Origin: a virus
Strand: one strand, 5' to 3'
Virus record (IMG/VR): IMGVR_UViG_3300014050_000012
Span: 1-64,000 of that record
DNA length: 64,000 bases
Of the stretch, positions 1 to 7,209 are shown piece after piece (the first letter of the stretch is position 1; each line of letters starts with the position of its first letter). Made by a program: the position numbers and the translations under genes. The notes below the pieces were generated by a model that was not told the DNA's origin, searched no databases, and worked only from the letters and a program-made list of their open reading frames with translations.

Positions 1-16
1 CATCATTTTCTCCTTT

Positions 17-208
17 TCAAACAAGATACCACGGATCGCCCGCTTCGTCAAGATACACTTCGTCAAAAATATCGTCAGCACAACCTACAACTTCCGCCCA
101 GTCGAGCGGATGGCAGTCGTTCTCATCAATCGGCTCGACCATCGGCTCTACGATACCAGCGTCGGCCATTTCCGCAAGAATCCGGTTGACATTGTCGAAA
201 TCGTACAT
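17..208 (-). CDS. small acidic hypothetical protein (63 aa)
   Basis: ORF with GGAGGT Shine-Dalgarno just upstream and a TTGACA-N16-TAGAAT promoter at 236-263. Confidence 0.75.
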   Translation of the reverse strand: MYDFDNVNRILAEMADAGIVEPMVEPIDENDCHPLDWAEVVGCADDIFDEVYLDEAGDPWYLV

Positions 209-235
209 GAGAACCTCCGTTGGGGTGATGCGTGG

Positions 236-263
236 ATTCTACACTAATGATCGGCACTGTCAA
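236..263 (-). promoter_or_regulatory. sigma70-type promoter TTGACA-N16-TAGAAT
   Basis: near-consensus hexamers on minus strand upstream of ORF 17..208. Confidence 0.7.
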
Positions 264-318
264 GCAGAAAATCTTAGAAAATCTAAAAATAATCTTGTGC
301 CAAACGAAAAAATTTTTG

Positions 319-334
319 TGGCACACCGTATGCT
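319..334 (+). promoter_or_regulatory. sigma54-type -24/-12 element TGGCAC-ACCGT-ATGCT
   Basis: GG-N10-GC spacing with TGGCAC core. Confidence 0.5.
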
Positions 335-347
335 TAGTCTTTTGTTC

Positions 348-427
348 TAAGTGGTTGATACATAAGCACTTACGTCGCGGCGGGCGGCCCGATTTCGCTG
401 TAAGTCCTTATACGGTAAGAGTTTACG
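348..427. repeat. ~80-bp intergenic element, copy 1 (two TAAG..TT-N7-AA..TTAC boxes 53 bp apart flanking GGCGGCCCGATTTCGC)
   Basis: direct alignment with 1092-1173 and 2460-2542. Confidence 0.9.
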
Positions 428-495
428 CTGACTATGGCACCACTATGCAAACCCGTAGGGTTAGGTGAGACAGTGTGGATGCCTTGTCACCCCCC

Positions 496-693
496 TCAAT
501 TGGTGGCAGTTGCCACGGGTGACCGATATACTATATGACCACACTTATTAGCATAGAGTGAACGATATCCCACATTATAATCATTAATAAGTAGCAAGAT
601 ACCCTTTCCGGGAATGTTACGGATACTCTCAACCGGACCCTCGAAAACTTCGCCGGTCACATATACCACATGAACGATATCACCAATCTTCAT
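496..693 (-). CDS. small hypothetical protein (65 aa), near-identical paralogue of 1757..1954
   Basis: MKIGDIVHVVYVTGEVFEGPVE... occurs twice with mostly synonymous differences; own promoter at 720-747. Confidence 0.85.
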   Translation of the reverse strand: MKIGDIVHVVYVTGEVFEGPVESIRNIPGKGILLLINDYNVGYRSLYANKCGHIVYRSPVATATN

Positions 694-719
694 TTTTCTT
701 TCTCCCTTTGTTTTCTACA

Positions 720-747
720 ATCCTACCAAACTTTTCCGTCGATTCAA
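720..747 (-). promoter_or_regulatory. sigma70-like promoter TTGAAT-N16-TAGGAT
   Basis: same architecture as five other promoters in 236-2913. Confidence 0.6.
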
Positions 748-753
748 CCCCTA

Positions 754-897
754 TTAGGATGGGCAGGTCGGATCGTCGATTTCCTCAATAACGCAGTCGC
801 AGTGTTCCCAGCATCGGGGACACAATTCGAGACCAGCGATATCACCAACAATCTCAACACCACAGCAATCGGAATAGTAAACTTCAATCTTGCTCAT
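754..897 (-). CDS. 47-aa Cys-rich putative Zn-binding protein (MSKIEVYYSDCCG...CPRCWEHCDC...)
   Basis: manual translation (below ORF-track cutoff); purine-rich leader and promoter at 929-956. Confidence 0.7.
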   Translation of the reverse strand: MSKIEVYYSDCCGVEIVGDIAGLELCPRCWEHCDCVIEEIDDPTCPS

Positions 898-928
898 TCT
901 TTTCTCTCTTTCTTTCTCTTATATCGAC

Positions 929-956
929 ATTATACCATGGATTCTTTAGGTTGCAA
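929..956 (-). promoter_or_regulatory. sigma70-type promoter TTGCAA-N16-TATAAT with extended -10 TG
   Basis: consensus -10 plus TGn; upstream of 754..897. Confidence 0.7.
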
Positions 957-1020
957 GAAAAATCTGGAAATTTTTGTGTCAAGAGATTTTGACAAAACTT
1001 TTCATAATTTTCTTCCATAT

Positions 1021-1077
1021 TGGCACACCATATGCTAGAGCAATTGTCATACCAAAAATCATGGCATAGAGTTTGCT
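1021..1077. promoter_or_regulatory. cluster of three sigma54-type -24/-12 elements (1021-1036 +, 1039-1054 -, 1062-1077 +)
   Basis: TGGCACACCATATGCT, TGGTATGACAATTGCT (minus) and TGGCATAGAGTTTGCT, all GG-N10-GC. Confidence 0.55.
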
Positions 1078-1091
1078 ATTAGCATTTGTTG

Positions 1092-1173
1092 TAAGTCGTT
1101 ACCACATAAGCACTTGCGTCACGGCGGGCGGCCCGATTTCGCCGTAAGTCCTTACGGTTCAAGACTTTACGTC
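1092..1173. repeat. ~80-bp intergenic element, copy 2
   Basis: alignment with copies 1 and 3; identical 53-bp box spacing. Confidence 0.9.
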
Positions 1174-1185
1174 GAGCCCATCCCT

Positions 1186-1392
1186 CTACAGGGTGGGGAA
1201 TACCTCGGCAGGGTGGATAGCGCGGGCCGTACCATCATCACGGATAGCATAGTGAACGCCACCCACAGTGTACAAACTAACATCACCACCCAAGTCGCAC
1301 AAGTACATGGCCGAATGTCCATGAATTGCAATCAAACGAAGCAACGTTTTTTCCACCGCAAGTTGAATCGTCATGTGTTCACTCATCTCCAA
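1186..1392 (-). CDS. small hypothetical protein, paralogue of 2548..2697 (likely start MTIQ at 1374)
   Basis: shared MTIQ..TL.RL.A.HG.SA...LY..GG..Y.IR.DGT. Confidence 0.75.
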   Translation of the reverse strand: MEMSEHMTIQLAVEKTLLRLIAIHGHSAMYLCDLGGDVSLYTVGGVHYAIRDDGTARAIHPAEVFPTL

Positions 1393-1696
1393 TAAAGGGA
1401 CTCATTTCATCTTCACTAAGTCTAGCATACTGTTCCGCAAGAGCAACCACCCTTTCGGGGGAACCGGGCTGTCCAACCGGGAAACGCATATGATCTACAG
1501 TACCCACAACGCGAGGATCGACCTTTTCGACCTTACTCTTACCGATCTTTCGTAGGGCTGAACGATTGAACTTCAATACCTTTTCACTTCGAATACTACC
1601 ACCATCAGCGGTACGCTTGTCGCAAGGGATCGCAATGCCGTAGAAGATACCACGCACTGTACGCTTGTACTGTTCAACAATTGGGAACTTTTCCAT
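1379..1696 (-). CDS. hypothetical protein (105 aa)
   Basis: ORF with purine-rich leader and promoter at 1725-1752. Confidence 0.75.
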   Translation of the reverse strand: MEKFPIVEQYKRTVRGIFYGIAIPCDKRTADGGSIRSEKVLKFNRSALRKIGKSKVEKVDPRVVGTVDHMRFPVGQPGSPERVVALAEQYARLSEDEMSPFIGDE

Positions 1697-1724
1697 TTTC
1701 TCTTTCTCTCTTTCTTGTGTGCTG

Positions 1725-1752
1725 ATTCTACCAAACTTTTCCGCTGCCGCAA
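1725..1752 (-). promoter_or_regulatory. sigma70-like promoter TTGCGG-N16-TAGAAT
   Basis: repeated promoter architecture. Confidence 0.6.
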
Positions 1753-1756
1753 CCCC

Positions 1757-1954
1757 TCAATCGGGTGTGACTGCTACGGGTGATCGGTAGACTATATGAC
1801 CACACTTGTTAGCATAGACCGAACGATACCCTACAGTATCGTCGTTGATGAGAAGCAGAATACCCTTTCCGGGAATATTCCGAATTCTCTCAACTGGACC
1901 TTCGAACACTTCACCTGTTACATAGACAACATGGACGATATCGCCAATCTTCAT
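1757..1954 (-). CDS. small hypothetical protein (65 aa), paralogue of 496..693
   Basis: high amino-acid identity to 496..693. Confidence 0.85.
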   Translation of the reverse strand: MKIGDIVHVVYVTGEVFEGPVERIRNIPGKGILLLINDDTVGYRSVYANKCGHIVYRSPVAVTPD

Positions 1955-1978
1955 TTTTTTCTCTCTTTCTTTCCTTCA

Positions 1979-2006
1979 AGTCTACCAAAAAAATTCGCCG
2001 CCGCAA
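1979..2006 (-). promoter_or_regulatory. sigma70-like promoter TTGCGG-N16-TAGACT
   Basis: repeated promoter architecture. Confidence 0.6.
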
Positions 2007-2025
2007 CCCCCCTTATAGGGAAGGA

Positions 2026-2244
2026 TCACTCTTCGATCACAACCCTTTCCAATTCGATAGGACCGTTATCCTTGTAGGACTGCGGAATCTTTGAGAGGGC
2101 TTCACCCTCACTAATTCCACCTACCTTACCGATACGCTTGCCATTCTGGTAAACTATCCACAAGTTAGTACGAACATGACGATGGCGGTTAGACCGCTCA
2201 TCACGATAGGACCGAAGGGCTGAACTGTAACGATTCATTCTCAT
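2026..2244 (-). CDS. small basic hypothetical protein (start probably MRMNRY at 2244)
   Basis: the ORF-track upstream extension runs through the sigma54 promoter and the purine-rich leader, so the later ATG is preferred. Confidence 0.65.
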   Translation of the reverse strand: MRMNRYSSALRSYRDERSNRHRHVRTNLWIVYQNGKRIGKVGGISEGEALSKIPQSYKDNGPIELERVVIEE

Positions 2245-2290
2245 TCTCTTTCTCTCTTTCTTTCTTTCTTTCTTTACTACCCTATATATA

Positions 2291-2445
2291 TGCACTTCCC
2301 ATGCCATTCACCAAAAAATATTTTTTTCTTCCTAAGTCCTTACGCCACAACACTTTACAACTTTCTCATTTTGAGACGGGGGTGTGCCAAGGTGAAGCAT
2401 TTTGCTACAGGTGTTGCATTTTGCTACAGCATTTTGCTACACCAC
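2291..2445 (-). promoter_or_regulatory. sigma54 promoter module 1: -24/-12 (2291-2306), IHF-like box (~2333-2358), TCTCA-N3-TGAGA palindrome, three GCATTTTGC repeats
   Basis: TGGCATGGGAAGTGCA on minus strand; whole module is repeated at 3221-3372. Confidence 0.65.
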
Positions 2446-2459
2446 CTTTGGGGTCGATG

Positions 2460-2542
2460 TAAGTGCTTGATATATAAGGAGTTACGTCAAAAATGGCGGC
2501 CCGATTTCGCCGTAAGTCCTTATACCACAACGGTTTACGTCG
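2460..2542. repeat. ~80-bp intergenic element, copy 3
   Basis: alignment with copies 1 and 2. Confidence 0.9.
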
Positions 2543-2547
2543 AATTC

Positions 2548-2697
2548 TCACAGAATCGTACCATCCCCTCTAATGCGGTACATGATGCCGCCGATACTGT
2601 ACAGACATATACCCTCTCCCATATGCTGTACAAACGTAGCCGAATAACCGTGGTGAGCAACAAGGCGACGAAGCGTATTCTGTATTTGAATCGTCAT
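2548..2697 (-). CDS. 49-aa hypothetical protein, paralogue of 1186..1374
   Basis: manual translation MTIQIQNTLRRLVAHHGYSATFVQHMGEGICLYSIGGIMYRIRGDGTIL. Confidence 0.7.
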   Translation of the reverse strand: MTIQIQNTLRRLVAHHGYSATFVQHMGEGICLYSIGGIMYRIRGDGTIL

Positions 2698-2699
2698 GT

Positions 2700-2861
2700 T
2701 CAAGATACCTTTGCAGATTCTGCTTTGTAAATCGGATAGAACTGTTCGAAGGTAAGGTTAGTGTACTTCAGTATACCAGCAACGTACAGGTCATACCGAT
2801 CATTCTTACCTTCTGTCATCGTCCAAACGATATACCGATAATCTTGTGTCCAACGTTTCAT
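2700..2861 (-). CDS. 53-aa hypothetical protein (MKRWTQDYRYIVW...)
   Basis: manual translation; purine-rich leader and promoter at 2886-2913. Confidence 0.65.
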   Translation of the reverse strand: MKRWTQDYRYIVWTMTEGKNDRYDLYVAGILKYTNLTFEQFYPIYKAESAKVS

Positions 2862-2885
2862 CTTTTTCTCTCTTTCTTTTCTACG

Positions 2886-2913
2886 ATCCTACCAAACTTT
2901 TTTTCTACCACAA
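2886..2913 (-). promoter_or_regulatory. sigma70-like promoter TTGTGG-N16-TAGGAT
   Basis: repeated promoter architecture. Confidence 0.55.
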
Positions 2914-2931
2914 CCCCCCGACTAGGGGCTA

Positions 2932-3162
2932 TTACTGGATCGCATAATCATCGACCACATAACCCATTTCATCAATCTGGATGAATCCACCATCATCACA
3001 GAATCCTAACTCATGATTGATTTCGATCATGTTATCATTCTGGCGAACCCTTTCCAGAAGATCCATTGCAAAAGCAACTCGACCAACAAACGTAGTCATG
3101 GTCGTATTGTTGATCAACTCGCACAACTCACTAACCGTATTCAGCACAATCATGTTTTCCAT
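2932..3162 (-). CDS. small acidic hypothetical protein (start probably MENMIV at 3162)
   Basis: the ORF-track start lies inside the sigma54 element; later ATG has an AAAAGGA leader. Confidence 0.65.
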   Translation of the reverse strand: MENMIVLNTVSELCELINNTTMTTFVGRVAFAMDLLERVRQNDNMIEINHELGFCDDGGFIQIDEMGYVVDDYAIQ

Positions 3163-3220
3163 CTTATCTATCCTTTTTCTACTTGTTTCCGAAACCCCTT
3201 GTTTCGATGCCAGATATATA

Positions 3221-3372
3221 TGCACACCCCGTGCCATTCGAGAAAAAAAATAGGATTTTTCATAAACCCTTGAAAAATATAGGGTTACAGCATTCTCAAT
3301 TTGAGACGGGGGTATCGATCACCGTAGCATTTTGCATCACACTGTAGCATTTTGCACAGCATTTTGCGTCAC
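3221..3372 (-). promoter_or_regulatory. sigma54 promoter module 2: -24/-12 (3221-3236), IHF-like box (~3263-3289), TCTCA-N3-TGAGA, three GCATTTTGC repeats
   Basis: TGGCACGGGGTGTGCA on minus strand; homologous to 2291-2445. Confidence 0.65.
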
Positions 3373-3495
3373 CCGCTCAGTAGGGGGGTTTTTTCATTTT
3401 ATTGAGAACGATTCTCAAAACTGGCGGCGGCCGGGGGTGGTGCAAACACGATCCGAACACCATAAAATAATTGGCCGTATTCCCTAATAACTAAT

Positions 3496-3520
3496 AAAAA
3501 AAGGGAGCATGATGCTCCCC
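3496..3520 (-). terminator. intrinsic terminator
   Basis: GGGAGCAT/ATGCTCCC inverted repeat followed on the minus strand by T7, downstream of 3550..3798. Confidence 0.7.
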
Positions 3521-3549
3521 AATTTTATCTGATACTAACTTCTATATTT

Positions 3550-3798
3550 TCAATTAGAAGCTTGAACACCAGAGCTAACGATACTATCTTGAATAAAGTT
3601 TCTATTTTTGGGTTTCCTTCCGCGACTCTTTTTCAAAGATAGTTTTCGTCTTTGTCTCCTAATCATTGGCGCTGTAATCTGATCATTGCCAGATATTCTG
3701 CTTATGTTTAATGCTAATTCATCATCGCTTAGTATAGCATGATTATCTTTTATATACTGCAACTCTGTTGTGCTCCACTTATGGTAAGATGACCTCAT
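3550..3798 (-). CDS. small HTH-like DNA-binding protein
   Basis: KWS..ELQYIKDN...SDDELA...IRRQRRKL pattern typical of small phage HTH/Myb-like proteins; AAGGAG RBS. Confidence 0.55.
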   Translation of the reverse strand: MRSSYHKWSTTELQYIKDNHAILSDDELALNISRISGNDQITAPMIRRQRRKLSLKKSRGRKPKNRNFIQDSIVSSGVQASN

Positions 3799-3878
3799 AT
3801 TTATCTCCTTGAACTAGACTAAAGGTGTAGTAACCTTATTATTATAATACGATCATAACCGTTAGCAAGGGCCGCTTT

Positions 3879-4040
3879 ATGAATAAAAATTACAATTTTG
3901 TACCGTCAGTATTACATACTACAGCACAAGAAATAGATGTTACAAATGATCTACAGGCCGAATCCACAAAAACAATAGCAGAACTACTGCATGAAAAAAA
4001 AGAAGAAGAAAAAGACCCAAAAGCCTTGTTTACCGAATAA
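3879..4040 (+). CDS. 53-aa hypothetical protein (MNKNYNFVPS...)
   Basis: manual translation; 55 bp downstream of the GGTGTA motif at 3824. Confidence 0.45.
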   Translation: MNKNYNFVPSVLHTTAQEIDVTNDLQAESTKTIAELLHEKKEEEKDPKALFTE

Positions 4041-4623
4041 TGTTCAAGAAGAAGACTTTTTAAAAGCCATAGATAATGTTGCTAAAAAATTAGCACATAA
4101 ATTTAAATTTGGATATCATAGTTTTGAAGATATGAAACAACAAGCTATTATTTTTGGCTTAGAATGCTTAGATAAATACGATAACAAAAGACCCCTAGAA
4201 AACTTCCTATGGACCCACGTTAGAAATAGACTTTTCAATTATAAAAGAGATCACTATCAAAGGCCCGATAAACCTTGTTTTAAATGTCCCGAAAACGATC
4301 CTTACCTTTCCTGCTCAAACAATGGATGTAAAGCATTTTCAAACAAGAGCGATTGCGAACTATACAAATTATGGGAAAAAAGAAATAATAATAAGAAAAA
4401 TTTAATGACTCCACAAAATATAGATGATATGAATATTTTTAGTAATGAATCTAGTATTTGTGGTGATATTGCAAATAAGGAACTATTAGAACTAATAGAC
4501 AAACACATGTTACCATCAGACAGGGCCGTTTATATCAAATTAAAACACGGACAAAAAATACCTAGTGCAGAATTAAACAAACTTAAAGAAACTATACTAA
4601 ATATTATAGCTAATTACCAATGA
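3991..4623 (+). CDS. phage-encoded sigma70/ECF-like sigma factor with Cys-rich insertion
   Basis: region-2-like EDMKQQAIIFGLECLDKYD...ENFLWTHVRNRLFNYKR; C-terminal region-4-like helices. Confidence 0.7.
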   Translation: MKKKKKKKTQKPCLPNNVQEEDFLKAIDNVAKKLAHKFKFGYHSFEDMKQQAIIFGLECLDKYDNKRPLENFLWTHVRNRLFNYKRDHYQRPDKPCFKCPENDPYLSCSNNGCKAFSNKSDCELYKLWEKRNNNKKNLMTPQNIDDMNIFSNESSICGDIANKELLELIDKHMLPSDRAVYIKLKHGQKIPSAELNKLKETILNIIANYQ

Positions 4624-5441
4624 CTATTCCTAAAAAAAGAGGACAACTGAGCTTAGACGAAGAAAAATATATTAAAGATAATATTCATTCTTTATCCGTG
4701 GCCGATATTGCTAATAATCTTAACAGAAACATAGCCCCGATACAAAAATATGCCGAACAAAACTTTTTATTTACTGATCAAGAATCTATAGCAGATCTTG
4801 AATATTTAAAACTTAAACTTCATACTAAGCCGTTTTGGCCCGAAATTACTAAACAATTTGACAACACATCAGGAGAATTAGAATACTTTGAGAATACATG
4901 GGTAAGCTTAATTAAACAATTTAGAGAAGATGTTCTTCCTGCTGAAGAATTACAAATTAAACAATTTATTACTATTGATATTCTTATTAATCGCAGTATG
5001 AAAGAGCGTAAAAGACACATAGCCGACACTGAAAAAATACAAAATGAGGTTGATAAAGAGTATGCTAAAAGTGAAGATCAAAGAGATATTCCGAAATTGG
5101 CCAACCTGGAAACGCAACTATCATTCGCCCGTAACAGTATCGCTAATTATACTAATGAATATACCAAGCTTCTTAACGAACAACAAAAAATTAGTAAAGA
5201 TCTTAAAGCTACTAGGGAGCAAAGAATCAAACGAATAGAAGATGGCAAAAGCTCTTGGGTAGGATTAATACGAATGTTGGAAGACGAAGAATTAAGAGAA
5301 AAACAAGGTCGTGAAATGGAAATATTGAAATTAGCCACTCTTAATCAAAAAAATAAACTTGAGCAACTTCACTCATACTCTAATAATAATATAGACCGCC
5401 CCCTTTTAACACCAGAAAGCGTGGAAAAATATGACAAATAA
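4620..5441 (+). CDS. coiled-coil protein with N-terminal HTH-like segment (possible terminase small subunit)
   Basis: EEKYIKDN...SVADIANNLNR HTH-like start; coiled-coil; position upstream of terL. Confidence 0.35.
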   Translation: MTIPKKRGQLSLDEEKYIKDNIHSLSVADIANNLNRNIAPIQKYAEQNFLFTDQESIADLEYLKLKLHTKPFWPEITKQFDNTSGELEYFENTWVSLIKQFREDVLPAEELQIKQFITIDILINRSMKERKRHIADTEKIQNEVDKEYAKSEDQRDIPKLANLETQLSFARNSIANYTNEYTKLLNEQQKISKDLKATREQRIKRIEDGKSSWVGLIRMLEDEELREKQGREMEILKLATLNQKNKLEQLHSYSNNNIDRPLLTPESVEKYDK

Positions 5442-6471
5442 AACTGCCGTTATTACAGGAATTTCAGGTCAAGACGGATCATACTTGGCCGAATATCTAC
5501 TATCACTATCAGAGTATACTAGAGTAATAGGAATTCACAGAAGACTATCTAACAATAATGGACTATCAAGAACATCCCATCTTCTGCATAATCCTAAATT
5601 CTTGTCAGAAGAAGGTGATCTTACAGATTCTCATTCTGTATGTAATATAATCAAAAAGTATTCTCCACACGAATTTTATAATCTAGCAGCTCAGAGTCAT
5701 GTGGGTACCAGTTTCAAACAGCCCAATTTAACTTTTAGCGTAAATACTAGCGGCGTAGTTAATATACTAGAAAATCTATTAAATTATTCGCCCCACACCA
5801 AACTATATCAGGCTAGCACAAGCGAAATGTTTGGTCAAGAATTTTCAGCAGCCGAAAATCATGATTTAAATGTTATAGAAAAATTTCAAGACGAAAGCAC
5901 ACCCTTTAAACCTCAAAGTCCATACGGCGCTAGCAAATTAGCTAGTCATCACTTGGTAAGAATATATCGTGAAGGATACAATCTATTTGGTTGTTGCGGC
6001 ATACTATTTAATCACGAAAGTCCGCGACGCGGCGTAAATTTTGTTACTAAAAAAATTACTAATTATATAGGTATGCTACAAAATAATCTAACAAATGAAA
6101 AACTCAAACTTGGTAATCTAAATAGTTGCAGAGATTGGGGCCATGCTAAAGATTATGTGCGCGCTATGCATCTTATGTTACAACAAAATATTCCTGATGA
6201 TTTTGTTATCTCCACAGGCTCATCACACTCTATTAAAGAATTTTTATCCATAGCTTTTAATTTGGTTAATAAAAATTATGAAGATTATGTGGAAATTGAT
6301 AGTGAATTTATTAGACCAGCAGAGGTAGACTATTTACGAGGACGATCCACAAAAGCTTATCATATTTTAGGATGGCAACCACAAATATCTTTTGAGCAGC
6401 TAGTACAAGATATGGTGGATTATGATGTTAAACAATACTCCCATAGCAAATATAAAAAAGTTGTTTCATGA
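5431..6471 (+). CDS. gmd: GDP-mannose 4,6-dehydratase
   Basis: TGISGQDGSYLAE, YNLAAQSHV, YQASTSEMFG, SPYGASK, LFNHESPRRG, RDWGHAKDYV, RPAEV motifs. Confidence 0.95.
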   Translation: MTNKTAVITGISGQDGSYLAEYLLSLSEYTRVIGIHRRLSNNNGLSRTSHLLHNPKFLSEEGDLTDSHSVCNIIKKYSPHEFYNLAAQSHVGTSFKQPNLTFSVNTSGVVNILENLLNYSPHTKLYQASTSEMFGQEFSAAENHDLNVIEKFQDESTPFKPQSPYGASKLASHHLVRIYREGYNLFGCCGILFNHESPRRGVNFVTKKITNYIGMLQNNLTNEKLKLGNLNSCRDWGHAKDYVRAMHLMLQQNIPDDFVISTGSSHSIKEFLSIAFNLVNKNYEDYVEIDSEFIRPAEVDYLRGRSTKAYHILGWQPQISFEQLVQDMVDYDVKQYSHSKYKKVVS

Positions 6472-6743
6472 GATTTTTTAATTCTTTAGAATACAAACAG
6501 TGGAGAAAAGAGGTCTATACAAGAGACAACAAAACTTGTCAGTGGCCCAATTGTAATAGCAAGAAAAAGATAAATGCTCATCATATAAAAACGTGGGCAA
6601 ATCATCCTGGATTACGATATGATGTTAACAATGGAATAACACTATGTTATGAACATCATAAAATGATCAGGGGCATTGAAACCTATTACGAAGCAGTTTT
6701 TTTAAAAATAGTAGCGGACAAGAAAAAAGATGACAGATCCTGA
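6468..6743 (+). CDS. HNH endonuclease
   Basis: RD..TCQ...C...AHHIK...NNGITLC..HH. Confidence 0.85.
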   Translation: MRFFNSLEYKQWRKEVYTRDNKTCQWPNCNSKKKINAHHIKTWANHPGLRYDVNNGITLCYEHHKMIRGIETYYEAVFLKIVADKKKDDRS

Positions 6744-7209
6744 ATATACCATAATTATTGATTCTAGAGAACAGCAACCATGGACTTTTAGAAATAAAAT
6801 TACAGCTGTAAATAAATTAGACACTGGAGATTATAGTATACAAGGATTAGAAAACTTGGTAGCAATAGAAAGAAAAAAGAGCGTTAGTGAACTAGCAACT
6901 AACATCACAGAAAGCAGATTTAAGGATGTTATACAAAGATTAAGTGAAACAAAATATGCTTTTATGCTTTTTGAATTTTCTTTAAAAGATATTCTAATAT
7001 ATCCAATAGGATCAAATATTCCTAAAAGCAAGTGGCAATATATCAAAATTACTGCAAATTTTTTACTAAAAAATATAACAGACTGGCAATTAAAACACAA
7101 TATTAAAGTATATTTTTGTGGATCTCATTCTTATGCTGAGAATCTAGCAGGATATCTATTACATAAAATTTATAATCAAGAAAAAGGAAATTTACATAAT
7201 GAAACTTGA
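6730..7209 (+). CDS. ERCC4 (XPF/Mus81)-domain nuclease
   Basis: IIIDSREQ, GDY and IERK motifs. Confidence 0.85.
   Translation: MTDPEYTIIIDSREQQPWTFRNKITAVNKLDTGDYSIQGLENLVAIERKKSVSELATNITESRFKDVIQRLSETKYAFMLFEFSLKDILIYPIGSNIPKSKWQYIKITANFLLKNITDWQLKHNIKVYFCGSHSYAENLAGYLLHKIYNQEKGNLHNET

Noticed and set aside
435-450. sigma54 site TGGCACCACTATGCAA
   Set aside because: GG-to-GC spacing is 9, not the required 10.
348-2542. CRISPR array interpretation of the repeated element
   Set aside because: Copies are 740-1370 bp apart, separated by genes, and degenerate; no cas genes.
232-3273. Plus-strand ORFs 232..468, 670..1038, 1114..1395, 1373..1555, 1796..2077, 2290..2730, 3013..3273, 3017..3253
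   Set aside because: They are antisense to better-supported genes or run through the repeat elements; their shared RPDFAVSPY peptide is just the DNA repeat translated.
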